Of a DNA stretch of 64,000 bases, positions 21,509 to 31,842 are shown one piece after another. Position 1 is the first letter of the stretch. Every line of letters starts with the position of its first letter. The translations under genes were made by a program, and so were the position numbers. The notes below the pieces were generated by a model that was not told the origin of the DNA, made no database searches, and saw nothing but the letters and a program-made list of their open reading frames with translations. The stretch lies in assembly GCA_963697895.1 (NCBI GenBank), contig OY969100.1:576001-640000 (forward strand), in the 5' to 3' direction. This DNA is from an uncultured Methanomicrobiales archaeon. Lineage in GTDB: Archaea > Halobacteriota > Methanomicrobia > Methanomicrobiales > Methanospirillaceae.

Positions 21509-21521
21509 GGACGCCTCTGCT

Positions 21522-22760
21522 GTGGAATCGTATCAGGTCCTGATCATCGGAGCAGGACCTGCGGGGCTCTCCTGCGCCATTCATGCAGCGGGAGAGGACA
21601 CAAGCGTAGTGATCCTCGAAAAGAACCCCTCTCCGGGAAGAAAACTCCTGATCACTGGTTCCGGCCAGTGTAATATCACCCACGAGGGTGATGTAACTGA
21701 TTTTTCACTGCATTATGGTGACCATGGTCCGTTTTTACGTCCGGCACTGCGAAATTTTACCAACCGCGATCTAATCCGGTTTTTCGAGGGAAACGGGTGC
21801 CCGATGACCACGGAGGAGAACGGGAAAATATTTCCTGCTTCGAAAAAGGCGTCAGATATCCTTGAAATTCTGTTAAAAGAATGCAGGCTGAGATCTGTTG
21901 AGATACGGTGCAATGAAGCAGTGACCGGTGTGCAGAGAGAAAATGGCAGATTCAGGGTGGAGTCCCGGAAGTCAGTTTATTCTGTAGAAAAACTGGTTAT
22001 CGCAACCGGGGGCGCTTCTTATCCCGCAACGGGTTCATCCGGCGATGGGTATATTCTGGCAACAGGACTCGGGCAGCCGGTCACGGAGATTTCACCTGCC
22101 CTTTCTCCGGTATATATTACGGATTATCCTTTTACGGACCTGGCAGGAATATCCTTTGACGATCTCCCGATATCGCTTTTCCGGAACAGGAAAAGAATCC
22201 GCCAGGAGAAAGGCGACATTGTCTGCACTCATCACGGATTTTCAGGACCGGGAATCCTCGACCTCTCGAGATACATCAGACCCGGCGATGAACTGATGAT
22301 CGGATTCATTCCGGGGATAAGTCGGGAAGCAGTCACGGGCAGCCTGATCAGAAGCATCGAATCCCGGGGGAACCGGAAAGTGAAAACGATCCTGCAGGAG
22401 TTTTCCCTCCCCGAACGATTTATCCGGAGACTCCTGGAACTTGTCAGAGTCCCCGATGACCTTCCGGGCGCGCAACTCACCCGCAGTTCAAGAAATTTGA
22501 TTATCGGGGCACTCACCGGTTTTCCCTTCACCGTGGGGCGGCTGGGCGGTTTCGATGAGGCGATGGTCACCCGGGGTGGGATCGCCCTCCCGGAGATCGA
22601 CCCAAAAACCATGGAATCGCTCTCCATCCCCCATCTCTACTGTATTGGGGAAGTCCTCGATATCGATGGCGATACGGGAGGATATAATCTCCAGGCAGCC
22701 ATCTCCACGGGGGCGCTTGCTGCCCGGCATATCGACGCATCGACTACGGAAAAAGCATGA
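21522..22760 (+). CDS. HI0933/BaiN-family flavoprotein
   Basis: GAGPAG, GRKLLITGSGQCNITH, ATGGASYPATGSSGDGY, GEVLDIDGDTGGYNLQAA. Confidence 0.93.
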   Translation: MESYQVLIIGAGPAGLSCAIHAAGEDTSVVILEKNPSPGRKLLITGSGQCNITHEGDVTDFSLHYGDHGPFLRPALRNFTNRDLIRFFEGNGCPMTTEENGKIFPASKKASDILEILLKECRLRSVEIRCNEAVTGVQRENGRFRVESRKSVYSVEKLVIATGGASYPATGSSGDGYILATGLGQPVTEISPALSPVYITDYPFTDLAGISFDDLPISLFRNRKRIRQEKGDIVCTHHGFSGPGILDLSRYIRPGDELMIGFIPGISREAVTGSLIRSIESRGNRKVKTILQEFSLPERFIRRLLELVRVPDDLPGAQLTRSSRNLIIGALTGFPFTVGRLGGFDEAMVTRGGIALPEIDPKTMESLSIPHLYCIGEVLDIDGDTGGYNLQAAISTGALAARHIDASTTEKA

Positions 22761-22953
22761 AGTGCTCAGGGGTCCTCATTTTTTCCAAAATCCACAGTGA
22801 GGGGCATGAATCTTCCTAAACTGAGCAGGATCAGACGAGCACCCGGGAAACAAAAAGTCAGGTTAATAATTCTGTCAATCCTGAGTTCAGAATTTTTACC
22901 GGGAAATCTCCCTTCGATAGCATTTTCATTCCTCTCGTCCCATTTATGTATCT

Positions 22954-23592
22954 ATGAAGGCCACGAGGATCGTTCTCCCGGTGCTCTCTGTTTGTCTCCT
23001 GATCGGGTTTGCATGTATAGCCGGATGCATCTCGAACGCCCCCGAAAATCAGACCGTACCCACGTCCGTCCCGGGTGCTGCAATACTTCCCGAACAGTTT
23101 GTGCCGCCCACAATTGAGGGGTTTCAGACAGAAATGAAGGGGAATGGATCCATCATCCAGGGAGATTCCGGGTACTTGATCTGGATGATGGAAGGAGAAC
23201 TCCCGTCGAATCTTCCGGCACTCGGACCGGGATTTTTCGGGCTGTATATCCCCGGCAACGAGTCGGTATTCGATAATGCCCAGTATAAACTCGATTCGAT
23301 GGATATCCTTGCATTTTCCATCTCAAATGAGTCAGACGCGATGAAAGTATATACTCTATATACCCGTAACGCATCAGCGATCCAGATAGAAGGATTTGAC
23401 GGAGCGATCTCGCAGGAAGATGGATTATCGAGGATCATTTTCAGGACAGACAAGGTTATGGTGTTAACCGAGGCACGGGGATCTCTACAGGTTCCTCCGG
23501 ACACCCCGGAATTAAACAAGAGCGGAATTAAAAACGCATCCATCTTCGGGGCGGAGAATGCGATACGGTATTACCAGGCAAACAAAAGATAA
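22954..23592 (+). CDS. hypothetical lipoprotein
   Basis: Signal peptide with IAGC lipobox. Confidence 0.7.
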   Translation: MKATRIVLPVLSVCLLIGFACIAGCISNAPENQTVPTSVPGAAILPEQFVPPTIEGFQTEMKGNGSIIQGDSGYLIWMMEGELPSNLPALGPGFFGLYIPGNESVFDNAQYKLDSMDILAFSISNESDAMKVYTLYTRNASAIQIEGFDGAISQEDGLSRIIFRTDKVMVLTEARGSLQVPPDTPELNKSGIKNASIFGAENAIRYYQANKR

Positions 23593-23594
23593 AT

Positions 23595-24026
23595 TCATAC
23601 TATTCCTGAAGGGGACGATCCCCGGGAAAGCCGGGACCCCCTCTTTCCCGGATGAATCCTCCGATAACCCCCCGGGACCGTTTTCCCGGATATCCTGCTT
23701 TGAATACGCAAATCCACGGGAAATGAACGTCCACCTTCTCCGGTCACATCCGCGGGCGACGATCCGGATGCCGAACAGGTCAGGAAAATTGCAAGGACAT
23801 ATGGCCAGAAATTAAGCGGTTCCCGGATCAGCCCGATTCCGATCAGAATCATGAACATTCCGATGAGAATGGAAATCCAGCATGATCCGCCGCGGTCCGC
23901 GAAGATGTAGCGGTATCCGTTGATACGCGCCCATCGGGTTTTTCGAACGCAGAAGCCGGGATCTTGAAACCGGCACTGATGAGGATCCCCCCATCCTCGA
24001 TAGCCGACGAGCAGCCCTTCTCCCAA
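23595..24026 (-). pseudogene. possible degraded or frameshifted small membrane-protein gene
   Basis: Two hydrophobic segments (WISILIGMFMILIGIGLI, FWPYVLAIFLT) within otherwise implausible frames. Confidence 0.3.
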
Positions 24027-24210
24027 TCCGATCAGGATCCCGGGCCGGGATAAGGAAATATCTTCCTTTTCGTCTCCTCTGTTCCGGTTCCCGTATCAAC
24101 CCTCGGAACCTCAATTCGTTCTTCATCGAGCAATACCCATAACGAGGTTTTGACATTCCTGTGCGGTATCCTGATAAGACATCAGACCCGGTACCTATAG
24201 AGAGAAGAGT

Positions 24211-24984
24211 ATGGGAAGAGATACATTCGCTGTTCTCCGGCAGAATATTGATCGTCACCCTGTCAGGAGCGCAATATTATTCTGGGGACTACTGCTTCTC
24301 CTCAACATCCTTGCAGGTTTCGTCGCATTTATCCGCCAGCTGACACCGCTGCAACTGGTCACGTTTGCGGATATCATGGTCGGTATTGCCGGGATATTTC
24401 TTATTGCCGGTCTTTTGTGGTGGAAGCGTGCAGGGTTTACCACCTTTGGCAGGCGCTGGGATTTCGTCCTTTACCTGCTGCCGATCGGGATCGCGTTCCT
24501 CTCCCTGACGGAAGGAAGTGCAACCGCAGAGGTCTCGGTCATCCTGACCTTCGCCCTCTTCGCGCTGGTGGTTGGATTTGCAGAGGAGACATTTTTCCGC
24601 GGCCTGATCCTGCAATCATTACGACCTGTGGGGGTTTTTGGCGCGGTCCTCGGCTCTGCCGTCCTGTTCGGGCTCCCCCACCTGCTCAATGCAGTCGGCG
24701 GGATATGGGATCCCGTGTTCACGATCGCAGACACATTTGCGGCTTTTGGAATCGGGGTGACATTCGCCGCACTTGTCATTCGTACCGGTACCATATGGCC
24801 CGTCATCCTCATCCATGCGCTTATCGATTTCACCGCGCTGATCGCCCAGGGCACTCTGGTTGTTCAGGCCCAGTCGTTCGGCGAAATCATGGTGACCGTG
24901 GGAGTAGGGGTGGCCATGACCATATATGGGCTGTACCTCGTACGCGATCAAAAGACCGACAGGGTCGATCTTGCAGCCTCCTGA
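24211..24984 (+). CDS. CPBP (CAAX/Abi) family intramembrane metalloprotease
   Basis: EETFFRG, LFGLPH, ILIHALID motifs; multi-TM. Confidence 0.9.
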   Translation: MGRDTFAVLRQNIDRHPVRSAILFWGLLLLLNILAGFVAFIRQLTPLQLVTFADIMVGIAGIFLIAGLLWWKRAGFTTFGRRWDFVLYLLPIGIAFLSLTEGSATAEVSVILTFALFALVVGFAEETFFRGLILQSLRPVGVFGAVLGSAVLFGLPHLLNAVGGIWDPVFTIADTFAAFGIGVTFAALVIRTGTIWPVILIHALIDFTALIAQGTLVVQAQSFGEIMVTVGVGVAMTIYGLYLVRDQKTDRVDLAAS

Positions 24985-25187
24985 TCGACGGGTCCCGGTA
25001 CCGAATGGCGGTTTAACCAGACTCATCAGAAGGCAGGATGCCTATTTCTGAACCTGGAAATCTCTTAAAAAGGTTATCCGGGTCATAGCGTTCGCTCTCA
25101 GGTATAAAACACGAAAGACTAGTGCATTCAATGCAGATACAACGAGAGACTGGCTACGGAAATTCAAAGAAAAAAGGAAAAAGGTAT

Positions 25188-25355
25188 CTAATACCGGGGG
25201 CGCCTGTACTTGGGCAGGCACTCCTGACAATAAACCGGTCTTCCTTCCGTCGGCTTGAACGGTACTTCACATTCTTTTCCACAGTCTGAACAGACTACCT
25301 TCGTCATCTCGCGTGGACCGAAGTTTCTCGGGGTGCTATAATTTGATTTATACAT
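25188..25355 (-). CDS. CxxC-x17-CxxC zinc-ribbon protein (55 aa)
   Basis: Hand translation MYKSNYSTPRNFGPREMTKVVCSDCGKECEVPFKPTEGRPVYCQECLPKYRRPRY; not in the ORF track. Confidence 0.9.
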   Translation of the reverse strand: MYKSNYSTPRNFGPREMTKVVCSDCGKECEVPFKPTEGRPVYCQECLPKYRRPRY

Positions 25356-25617
25356 TATGTTGTCTCAAACAGTTATCAAAACTGTATTATAATAAAGAAC
25401 AGCCGTGCTTAAGAAGCTCTGGGTGGCTGCACTAATTTTGTTGCGAAGATGATCGATTCAACCGGGGCCCGTCGCGAGTCTTCACCGGAAAGAAAGGGAC
25501 AGATAAACATCTCCAGAGGGATATCCCGCCCATCCCCTAATCGCCCTTAAAAGAGCAGAATGAACGAATGTATACCTGTTCTTCAGTGAATTTTTTAAAT
25601 CTTAAAAAAACGCATCG

Positions 25618-25917
25618 TTGCCTATCCGGTATTTTGTCCGTCCGAACCAGCACATCCGGGTGGAATATCAGCCCGGCAACGCGCGAGATGAAAAGGGTGC
25701 AAAAGAATTCCATCTTGATACCGGGGAATCAACGTATTCGGATATATTTACGTATTTATGGGAAAAGAAGGGAGTATTCTTCAATCAGAAGAGCCCGGAT
25801 ACCTGGCCGAGAACGATCCGGACCGATCGCCCCCCTTGTGGTACCCGCGGTCTGATTTTATTCCAGGGGAGATACGCGGGGATACAGATTACTATCATGA
25901 GCTACTCTATCAGGTAA
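25618..25917 (+). CDS. hypothetical protein (uncertain)
   Basis: 99-aa ORF with plausible composition, TTG start, no motif recognised. Confidence 0.3.
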   Translation: MPIRYFVRPNQHIRVEYQPGNARDEKGAKEFHLDTGESTYSDIFTYLWEKKGVFFNQKSPDTWPRTIRTDRPPCGTRGLILFQGRYAGIQITIMSYSIR

Positions 25918-26477
25918 CAAACCTATTGATATAGGGGACTATACATGATTGCAAAAGAACCACGAGATCCACGAAGCGCCTGGCAGCAAGACTATAATAA
26001 ATGGTGGAATGAGAAAATGGGGACGCGTGTGGAAGAAAAAAAGCAGGAAAACACCCAGTCGGACGAATGAACGCTGCTCATCTGCAATAGATGAGACAAA
26101 AAATCATCTCATCCCTTCATATCTTCATCGCACAATTCTGTTCCTGTTTCCTTTAATCTTCAAGATATTTACCCGCTACCGGTATCGGTTTTTCGCTATA
26201 TGTCCTGTTTCGTATATCTTTTCAGGGCTATGCTCCCCGATTATCCCCCTGGAATGGCCATGTCAAGTGCACCGATCTCTTTCGCGTTCTCTTAAGAATA
26301 CGTGCGACGATTGTTTTCAGGAACAAACGTGTCCGGGGTATCCCGATCACCGGTCGATCCCGGAAAGAAAAGCCGATGTACCCGGCGATGTTTTACTCTA
26401 TCGGGTTAGCCCAATATTGGTTACATTCCTCCCGGCCCGGTTTACTCTCGTAATCGATGGACCTATGCTCCTCGGAT

Positions 26478-27635
26478 CTACTGTAGCATAATCCTGCGCA
26501 TTAAAGACAGTATTCCGGGCCGGGTGCTCCCCGCCCGGTGAGATCGAAGAGGGGGCCCTTCAATAAACGGTGATTCCATCATTTCCGTGTTCAACCGGTT
26601 CGTTATCTCGTCAAATATTTTCCGATACGCAATACAATGAGGGTCGACACCGGTAATTTCCCCGCCCGTCCGGGCGATGGCGTTATAGGGGCATCCTCCA
26701 CGGCAGTATCTGATGTGGCTGCACTCCCCGCATGCCGTGTCGACGTATTCTTTATATTGCTGCATCCGTATCGCCGGGGGAGAACAGGCGAGTTCTTCCT
26801 TTGTGGGATGGTCATACACATTCCCCATGACATAATCCGGCATTCCGATGAACCGGTAACAGGGGTATATGTTCCCGTCCGGTCCCACGGCAAACGTATT
26901 CCCCATACAATCCACGAAGGTGCAGACGGTACCCCGGCGCGTAAACACGCACCTGCAGACGTCATTGATATTCATTATCTCTATCTCGCCCATATGATCC
27001 AGATACTTGTCCAGGAGGAAGATCAACAGGTCTCCGTAGGTTTCCGGGTCAAGTGCCCATTTCTCAGGCCTGTTATCCCGTAAAGAGGGTAATGCAGGGT
27101 GTAACTTGAGAGGAAGCCCATTTTTCAGGAAAAATTGGAAGATATCTTCCCGGTGCTGAACGGATGCGCCCGTGAAGGTGCAGATGAACCTGACCGAAAG
27201 ACCGTGGTCCCGGGCAATTTCGTACCCCCGCAGGGTCTTGTCGTAATATCCCCTCCCCCGTTGCATATCATTCACCTCACGGGGGCCATCGAGACTGGTC
27301 CCGATGGGCACATTATACTCTGCCAGGACCCGGGCAATTTCCGGGGTAAGCAGCCAGAGATTGGTTTGCATTGCAAATTCCGGTCTCAGATGGCTTAAAC
27401 CTTCGGACAGTAACGGCAAGACCTTTCGATAGAAATCCGCGCCGGCGAGGAGCGGCTCCCCTCCATGAAACGTAAAGGTGACCCGATCATTCCTGAAGTT
27501 GTTAAGCCATTCAACCACTTCATTAACGGTGGAAACGCTCATGATCGGAGATCCCTCAGCAGAACTCCAGCAATAGCTGCAGCGGGAAGGACATCCTAAT
27601 GTCGGGATGAGCATAATATGAAAGGCATTTTTCAT
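26478..27635 (-). CDS. radical SAM/SPASM protein, TIGR04083 (Mhun_1560)-like putative peptide-modifying enzyme
   Basis: FHIMLIPTLGCPSRCSYC, FHGGEPL, MQTNL, SLDGP, and SPASM Cys array (YPC...CGECSHIRYCRGGC...HC). Confidence 0.88.
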   Translation of the reverse strand: MKNAFHIMLIPTLGCPSRCSYCWSSAEGSPIMSVSTVNEVVEWLNNFRNDRVTFTFHGGEPLLAGADFYRKVLPLLSEGLSHLRPEFAMQTNLWLLTPEIARVLAEYNVPIGTSLDGPREVNDMQRGRGYYDKTLRGYEIARDHGLSVRFICTFTGASVQHREDIFQFFLKNGLPLKLHPALPSLRDNRPEKWALDPETYGDLLIFLLDKYLDHMGEIEIMNINDVCRCVFTRRGTVCTFVDCMGNTFAVGPDGNIYPCYRFIGMPDYVMGNVYDHPTKEELACSPPAIRMQQYKEYVDTACGECSHIRYCRGGCPYNAIARTGGEITGVDPHCIAYRKIFDEITNRLNTEMMESPFIEGPPLRSHRAGSTRPGILSLMRRIMLQ

Positions 27636-28025
27636 ATTACAGATTTTTTCCTTTTTGAGACAATTATAGTTACTCTTTATCCCATCTCCTATCTCCTGCA
27701 AATAATAAATCCGTCTTCTGCGAAGATCTCCTCTGAAAACTCTTGTATTACAATAGATGCCGATTCCCGGTATTCCGTGCGACGAACCTCTCCGCTTCCG
27801 GGGATGGATAGGAACATTAAGGGAATTGTCCGGTACCGGGCACAGGAAGAACAGCTTGGGGTGAATGGCTGTGCTTTTTCGGTAGCATTATACCTCTGAA
27901 AGCGTATCCCAGTCCAGGACTTATCCCGGTTGGGGCTGAACCAACGGTGATTCTATGCGTTTCGGATCGATTATCCCGTGATAGAAACTGACGGGATACC
28001 CCCGCAGTTGCGGTACCTGGTGAAT

Positions 28026-28826
28026 CTATTTTATCGGTACATGATTTCTTCGTTCTTTTAATTCAGCGGACCGGTAATCCCATCCGGTCTCGTCAAGTTT
28101 TTTCATTACATCCACGATCGCATCTATGAGTATTTTTTTCATCTCGAGACCTTTTTTTCGCGACGCTTTTGTCGGATCCCCCGTTGCGCCGGTTGTAGTG
28201 AGTTCGGAAAATTTCCACTTCACATCGACTAACGATGGAAGATCCGGTACCATGCCTCGCGCATTCTCAGGTTCGCACAGTTCAGGAAATAAGGCCAGCG
28301 CTATCGACATCTCGCCTTCACCACCGTGACCAAGCCCTCGATATACCTCGAAAAAGTCCTTAGGGAGGAGGGATCCGAGAATGTTCCACCAGGCATCGAG
28401 CGAGATTATCATCATCTCAGGGTGCGCCATCTTCACCGAACGCGTTGCAATCTCGATCGAGGGGATGTTTCCATCATGCCCGTTCAGGATGAGTACTTTC
28501 CGTATCCCCTCCCGGAAAAGGGACTCGAGGATGTCACGAATGATGGCAGTCTCTGTTTCGGGCTGAAGAGAAACGGAGAATGGAAATTCCCGGTAATATT
28601 CGCTCATCCCATAATTAACCGGCGGGAGTATTGCAGTCTTCGGAAAATGTTTGGCGATCTCCCGGGCAAGGAGGTATGCGGTGAGCGCATCGGTCCCAAA
28701 GGGAAGATGTCCACCATGGCTCTCCAGCGATCCGAGGGGCAGGATAACTTTTTCAAACGGGTCGTCCCTGTAGTCTTCGGCGGTGAGATGTTGTATCTCC
28801 TGTGGATCCTTCTTCATAAAAGGCAT
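28026..28826 (-). CDS. creatininase/MftE-family amidohydrolase
   Basis: GSLESHGGHLPFGTD, NGHDGN, HGGEGE, GATGDP. Confidence 0.9.
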   Translation of the reverse strand: MPFMKKDPQEIQHLTAEDYRDDPFEKVILPLGSLESHGGHLPFGTDALTAYLLAREIAKHFPKTAILPPVNYGMSEYYREFPFSVSLQPETETAIIRDILESLFREGIRKVLILNGHDGNIPSIEIATRSVKMAHPEMMIISLDAWWNILGSLLPKDFFEVYRGLGHGGEGEMSIALALFPELCEPENARGMVPDLPSLVDVKWKFSELTTTGATGDPTKASRKKGLEMKKILIDAIVDVMKKLDETGWDYRSAELKERRNHVPIK

Positions 28827-29019
28827 GATCTCATGTTACGCAGGACAATTTTATACCTTTACGCATAGCGGGCCGCGTTTTCTCCCCTTTTAAGTTCACG
28901 CCTCCACTCTCCTGAGCATTGCCCTCCTTTATCCTCTCATTTTCCCCGGAAGATTGTCACATACGTTAAAAGGGAAGAACAGAGGCGGGCGAATATTATA
29001 CGAGGATCGAGATCCGCTC

Positions 29020-29709
29020 TCATACCCCTGGTTTCCTCCCCATGAACACCACAAACATTCGATTTTTGTATATCACATCAACATCGGAAAACCCGCTGTC
29101 CCGGAGCCAGTCCAGTTGGACATCGAGAAACTCGTTTCTGTCCAATGTTTCACGGCGCATCCGTATTTCCTCCCGCTCGTTTGGAGAGAGGGGGCCTCCC
29201 CGTACGAAATCATCCCAGTACTCCATGAACCGGTCATTGAGGTATGGGCTGTTTCCCCGCACCTGATCTGCGTTCACAAATACCCCGCCCTGGTTCAGGG
29301 CGTCAAAAATCCACCGGTATAACCGGTGTTTTTCTTCGGCTGAAAGATGATGGATGGAAAGGGCCGAACAGATCAGGTCATACTTCCCGAGTTCATCTTC
29401 ATCCTTACTATAATCCCCGACAACGTACCGGATGTCTTGCCTCCCTCTGAACCTCTCCCGCGCCAATGCGAGCATCTGTTCCGAGAAATCTACAAGAGTG
29501 ACTGATGCCCTTGGGTACCGGTCCAGGAGGAGGGCGGTGAGAAGGCCGGTACCGGCGCCGATATCGAGGACGACCGGCTTATCTCCCTCCCACTCCGCAG
29601 CCCAGACTGCCGCGGAATAGAACTTCTCCATCTCCGGGATGACGTGTCTTCTCTGCGAGTCATACCGTGATGCAGCTTCGTCGAATGCTTTCCGTACATG
29701 TTCCATCAT
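29020..29709 (-). CDS. class I SAM-dependent methyltransferase
   Basis: VLDIGAGTG, VDFSEQML, SALSIHHL, GGVFVNAD. Confidence 0.9.
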   Translation of the reverse strand: MMEHVRKAFDEAASRYDSQRRHVIPEMEKFYSAAVWAAEWEGDKPVVLDIGAGTGLLTALLLDRYPRASVTLVDFSEQMLALARERFRGRQDIRYVVGDYSKDEDELGKYDLICSALSIHHLSAEEKHRLYRWIFDALNQGGVFVNADQVRGNSPYLNDRFMEYWDDFVRGGPLSPNEREEIRMRRETLDRNEFLDVQLDWLRDSGFSDVDVIYKNRMFVVFMGRKPGV

Positions 29710-30104
29710 GTTTCACCGTCCTGATAGATTGGGATGCAGTCCCTGATCAACGAGAGCATGATTGCCATGCCATAGCATAGCAAGGTTAAATAGGTTTGAA
29801 ATGAAGATATGAATCGGGTAAACTCATGTCTGTTCCAAACCGGATTTATGCGAGCACCCGGGTGCAGATAACAGACACTTTTTTCTTCTTCTTTAGATAG
29901 GGGACCCGCCCGCAGCCGGATCCCCTGTAAAGGCACGATAAAAGAGTTTACCGGAAGGTGAATCACCATGTATGGACTCTCTCACAAACAGATCACGATC
30001 GGACGCGGGTTTATCATCAACCCAACCGGAGCCTGCGCCCTCATTGCACGGGGGCATCGGATGAACAGATCGGAAAAACGAGTCATCGGTATGGGGGGAT
30101 ATGA

Positions 30105-31424
30105 ATGAGATCGATCATGGGGATCGCCCTCATCCTGGCCATCGTCCTCGGTGCGGTCGTTATGACCGGATGCACAACCCTTCCCGCTTCTTCCACGAAG
30201 GAGATCAAGATCGGGGTCGTCGCCTCCATGACCGGCCCTTCGAGCACGACCGGAAAAGACATCTGGCAGTCTGCGGTGGTTGCAGCGGACGAGATAAATG
30301 CGCAGGGAGGCGTGTACGTGAAGGAACTAAATGCAAAGGTTCCGATCAAACTCGTCCAGGGTGACGACGAATCAACCCGCGAAGGAGGCCAGAAAGCGGT
30401 CTCACGGCTTATTACCGAGGATAAAGTCGACCTTCTGGTCGGGGGATTTTCGAGCGCCGTCACTTCGGCGCACCAGTCGATCGTCGCCGAAAATAACATT
30501 CCCTACATCATTACCGGTGCATCATCCCCGATCATAACTCACCGGACGGACATAAACACGAGTTACATGTTCCATCACTGCCCGACAACGGACGACTATG
30601 GCATGCAGACCATTCATTTCATCGACCAGGAGATACGGCCGGCGATAAATGCCAAATATAACTACTCCGCCGACAGACCTCTGCGACTGGCAATCCTGTA
30701 CCAGGACAGCCCGTACGGGAAGGGGGTCCTGGATGCGGCTGCCAACACGATCGCCTCCGAGGGCCTCAACATCCAGCTCGTCGACAACAGGAGTTTCAAG
30801 ATGGGGGAATCCGATTTCAGGACAATGCTTACCGGTCTGAAGTCATCGAACCCCGATGCGGTGTACAGCGCCGCATTCCTGAACGAGCAGATCCCGATGA
30901 TCACCCAGGCGCGGAGAGATGTGGGGCTGAACACGATCTTCCTTGTGGTGGAATGTAATGACGACCCCGATTACTACAAAGGACTCGGGTCCTTCGGTGA
31001 CTCCTCGATTATCGAATCGCGGTTCGGACCATATACCGATCTTCAGGGAACACTTGCCACGCCGAACAGCAATTTCAAGGCTAATTTCTCATCAAAGTGG
31101 GGAGGATTCCCCGGGATGATGGGAGCCTCGACATATGAAGGGGTCTATATCGCGGCAAAAGCGATCGAAAACGCCGGCACTTTCGATAAGTCGCAGGTGA
31201 GGAATGCACTCGATAATCTGAATATGCCCCAGGTAATCGAATACATGCAGGGTGGGACGATCAACTTCTCACAAGACTTCAGGGAGAGCAAATTTGATCT
31301 CTACATGTCGCAACTGGTCTGGAACGAAACGAGCCAGCAACTCCGGCCGAAAGTGGTATGGCCAGACCGGATAAAAGAGGCGGATTTCGTCCTTCCAGAT
31401 TGGTATTCCCCCGGGAAACCCTGA
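30105..31424 (+). CDS. ABC transporter substrate-binding lipoprotein, branched-chain amino acid (LivJ/K) family
   Basis: MTGC lipobox, IKIGVVASMTG, EINAQGG, GGFSS; no permease adjacent. T-tract terminator at ~31436-31443. Confidence 0.88.
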   Translation: MRSIMGIALILAIVLGAVVMTGCTTLPASSTKEIKIGVVASMTGPSSTTGKDIWQSAVVAADEINAQGGVYVKELNAKVPIKLVQGDDESTREGGQKAVSRLITEDKVDLLVGGFSSAVTSAHQSIVAENNIPYIITGASSPIITHRTDINTSYMFHHCPTTDDYGMQTIHFIDQEIRPAINAKYNYSADRPLRLAILYQDSPYGKGVLDAAANTIASEGLNIQLVDNRSFKMGESDFRTMLTGLKSSNPDAVYSAAFLNEQIPMITQARRDVGLNTIFLVVECNDDPDYYKGLGSFGDSSIIESRFGPYTDLQGTLATPNSNFKANFSSKWGGFPGMMGASTYEGVYIAAKAIENAGTFDKSQVRNALDNLNMPQVIEYMQGGTINFSQDFRESKFDLYMSQLVWNETSQQLRPKVVWPDRIKEADFVLPDWYSPGKP

Positions 31425-31842
31425 AAATACCCGTATTTTTTTTAGGTCTCTGTTTGCCTGGAGGAACCGATTCTCCGTTACTATGAAATGTGTCCTTATT
31501 TCGGGACCTCTTCCATAATATACGGCGAGTGAACGAGGGGCCCCTTATTTCATCAGTTTTCCCTCATCCGGGATAGTGCGACGATATCCTCATTGAGGAA
31601 AATTAATTTTTAAAAAAATGGGGATCTCCTGATAGACAGCGATACAGAGGATTATCATCGATTCGGAAAAACCCGATAATAACCAGACGAACAGCGCGTA
31701 TTCAATACCACGAAACCGTTTGGTGATGTACATTTGATGACGTACAGCGGGAAACATGAATACGGAATGAGGAAAGGTGAAGGGTCTGGTAATCCCCCAA
31801 CGGTTTGGCGATTGAGATCGTGTTTAACATGCCCGGGGATAC

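Noticed and set aside
27690-28020. Possible precursor peptide or gene remnant upstream of the radical SAM gene
   Set aside because: Only broken frames without a clear start, RBS or recognisable motif.
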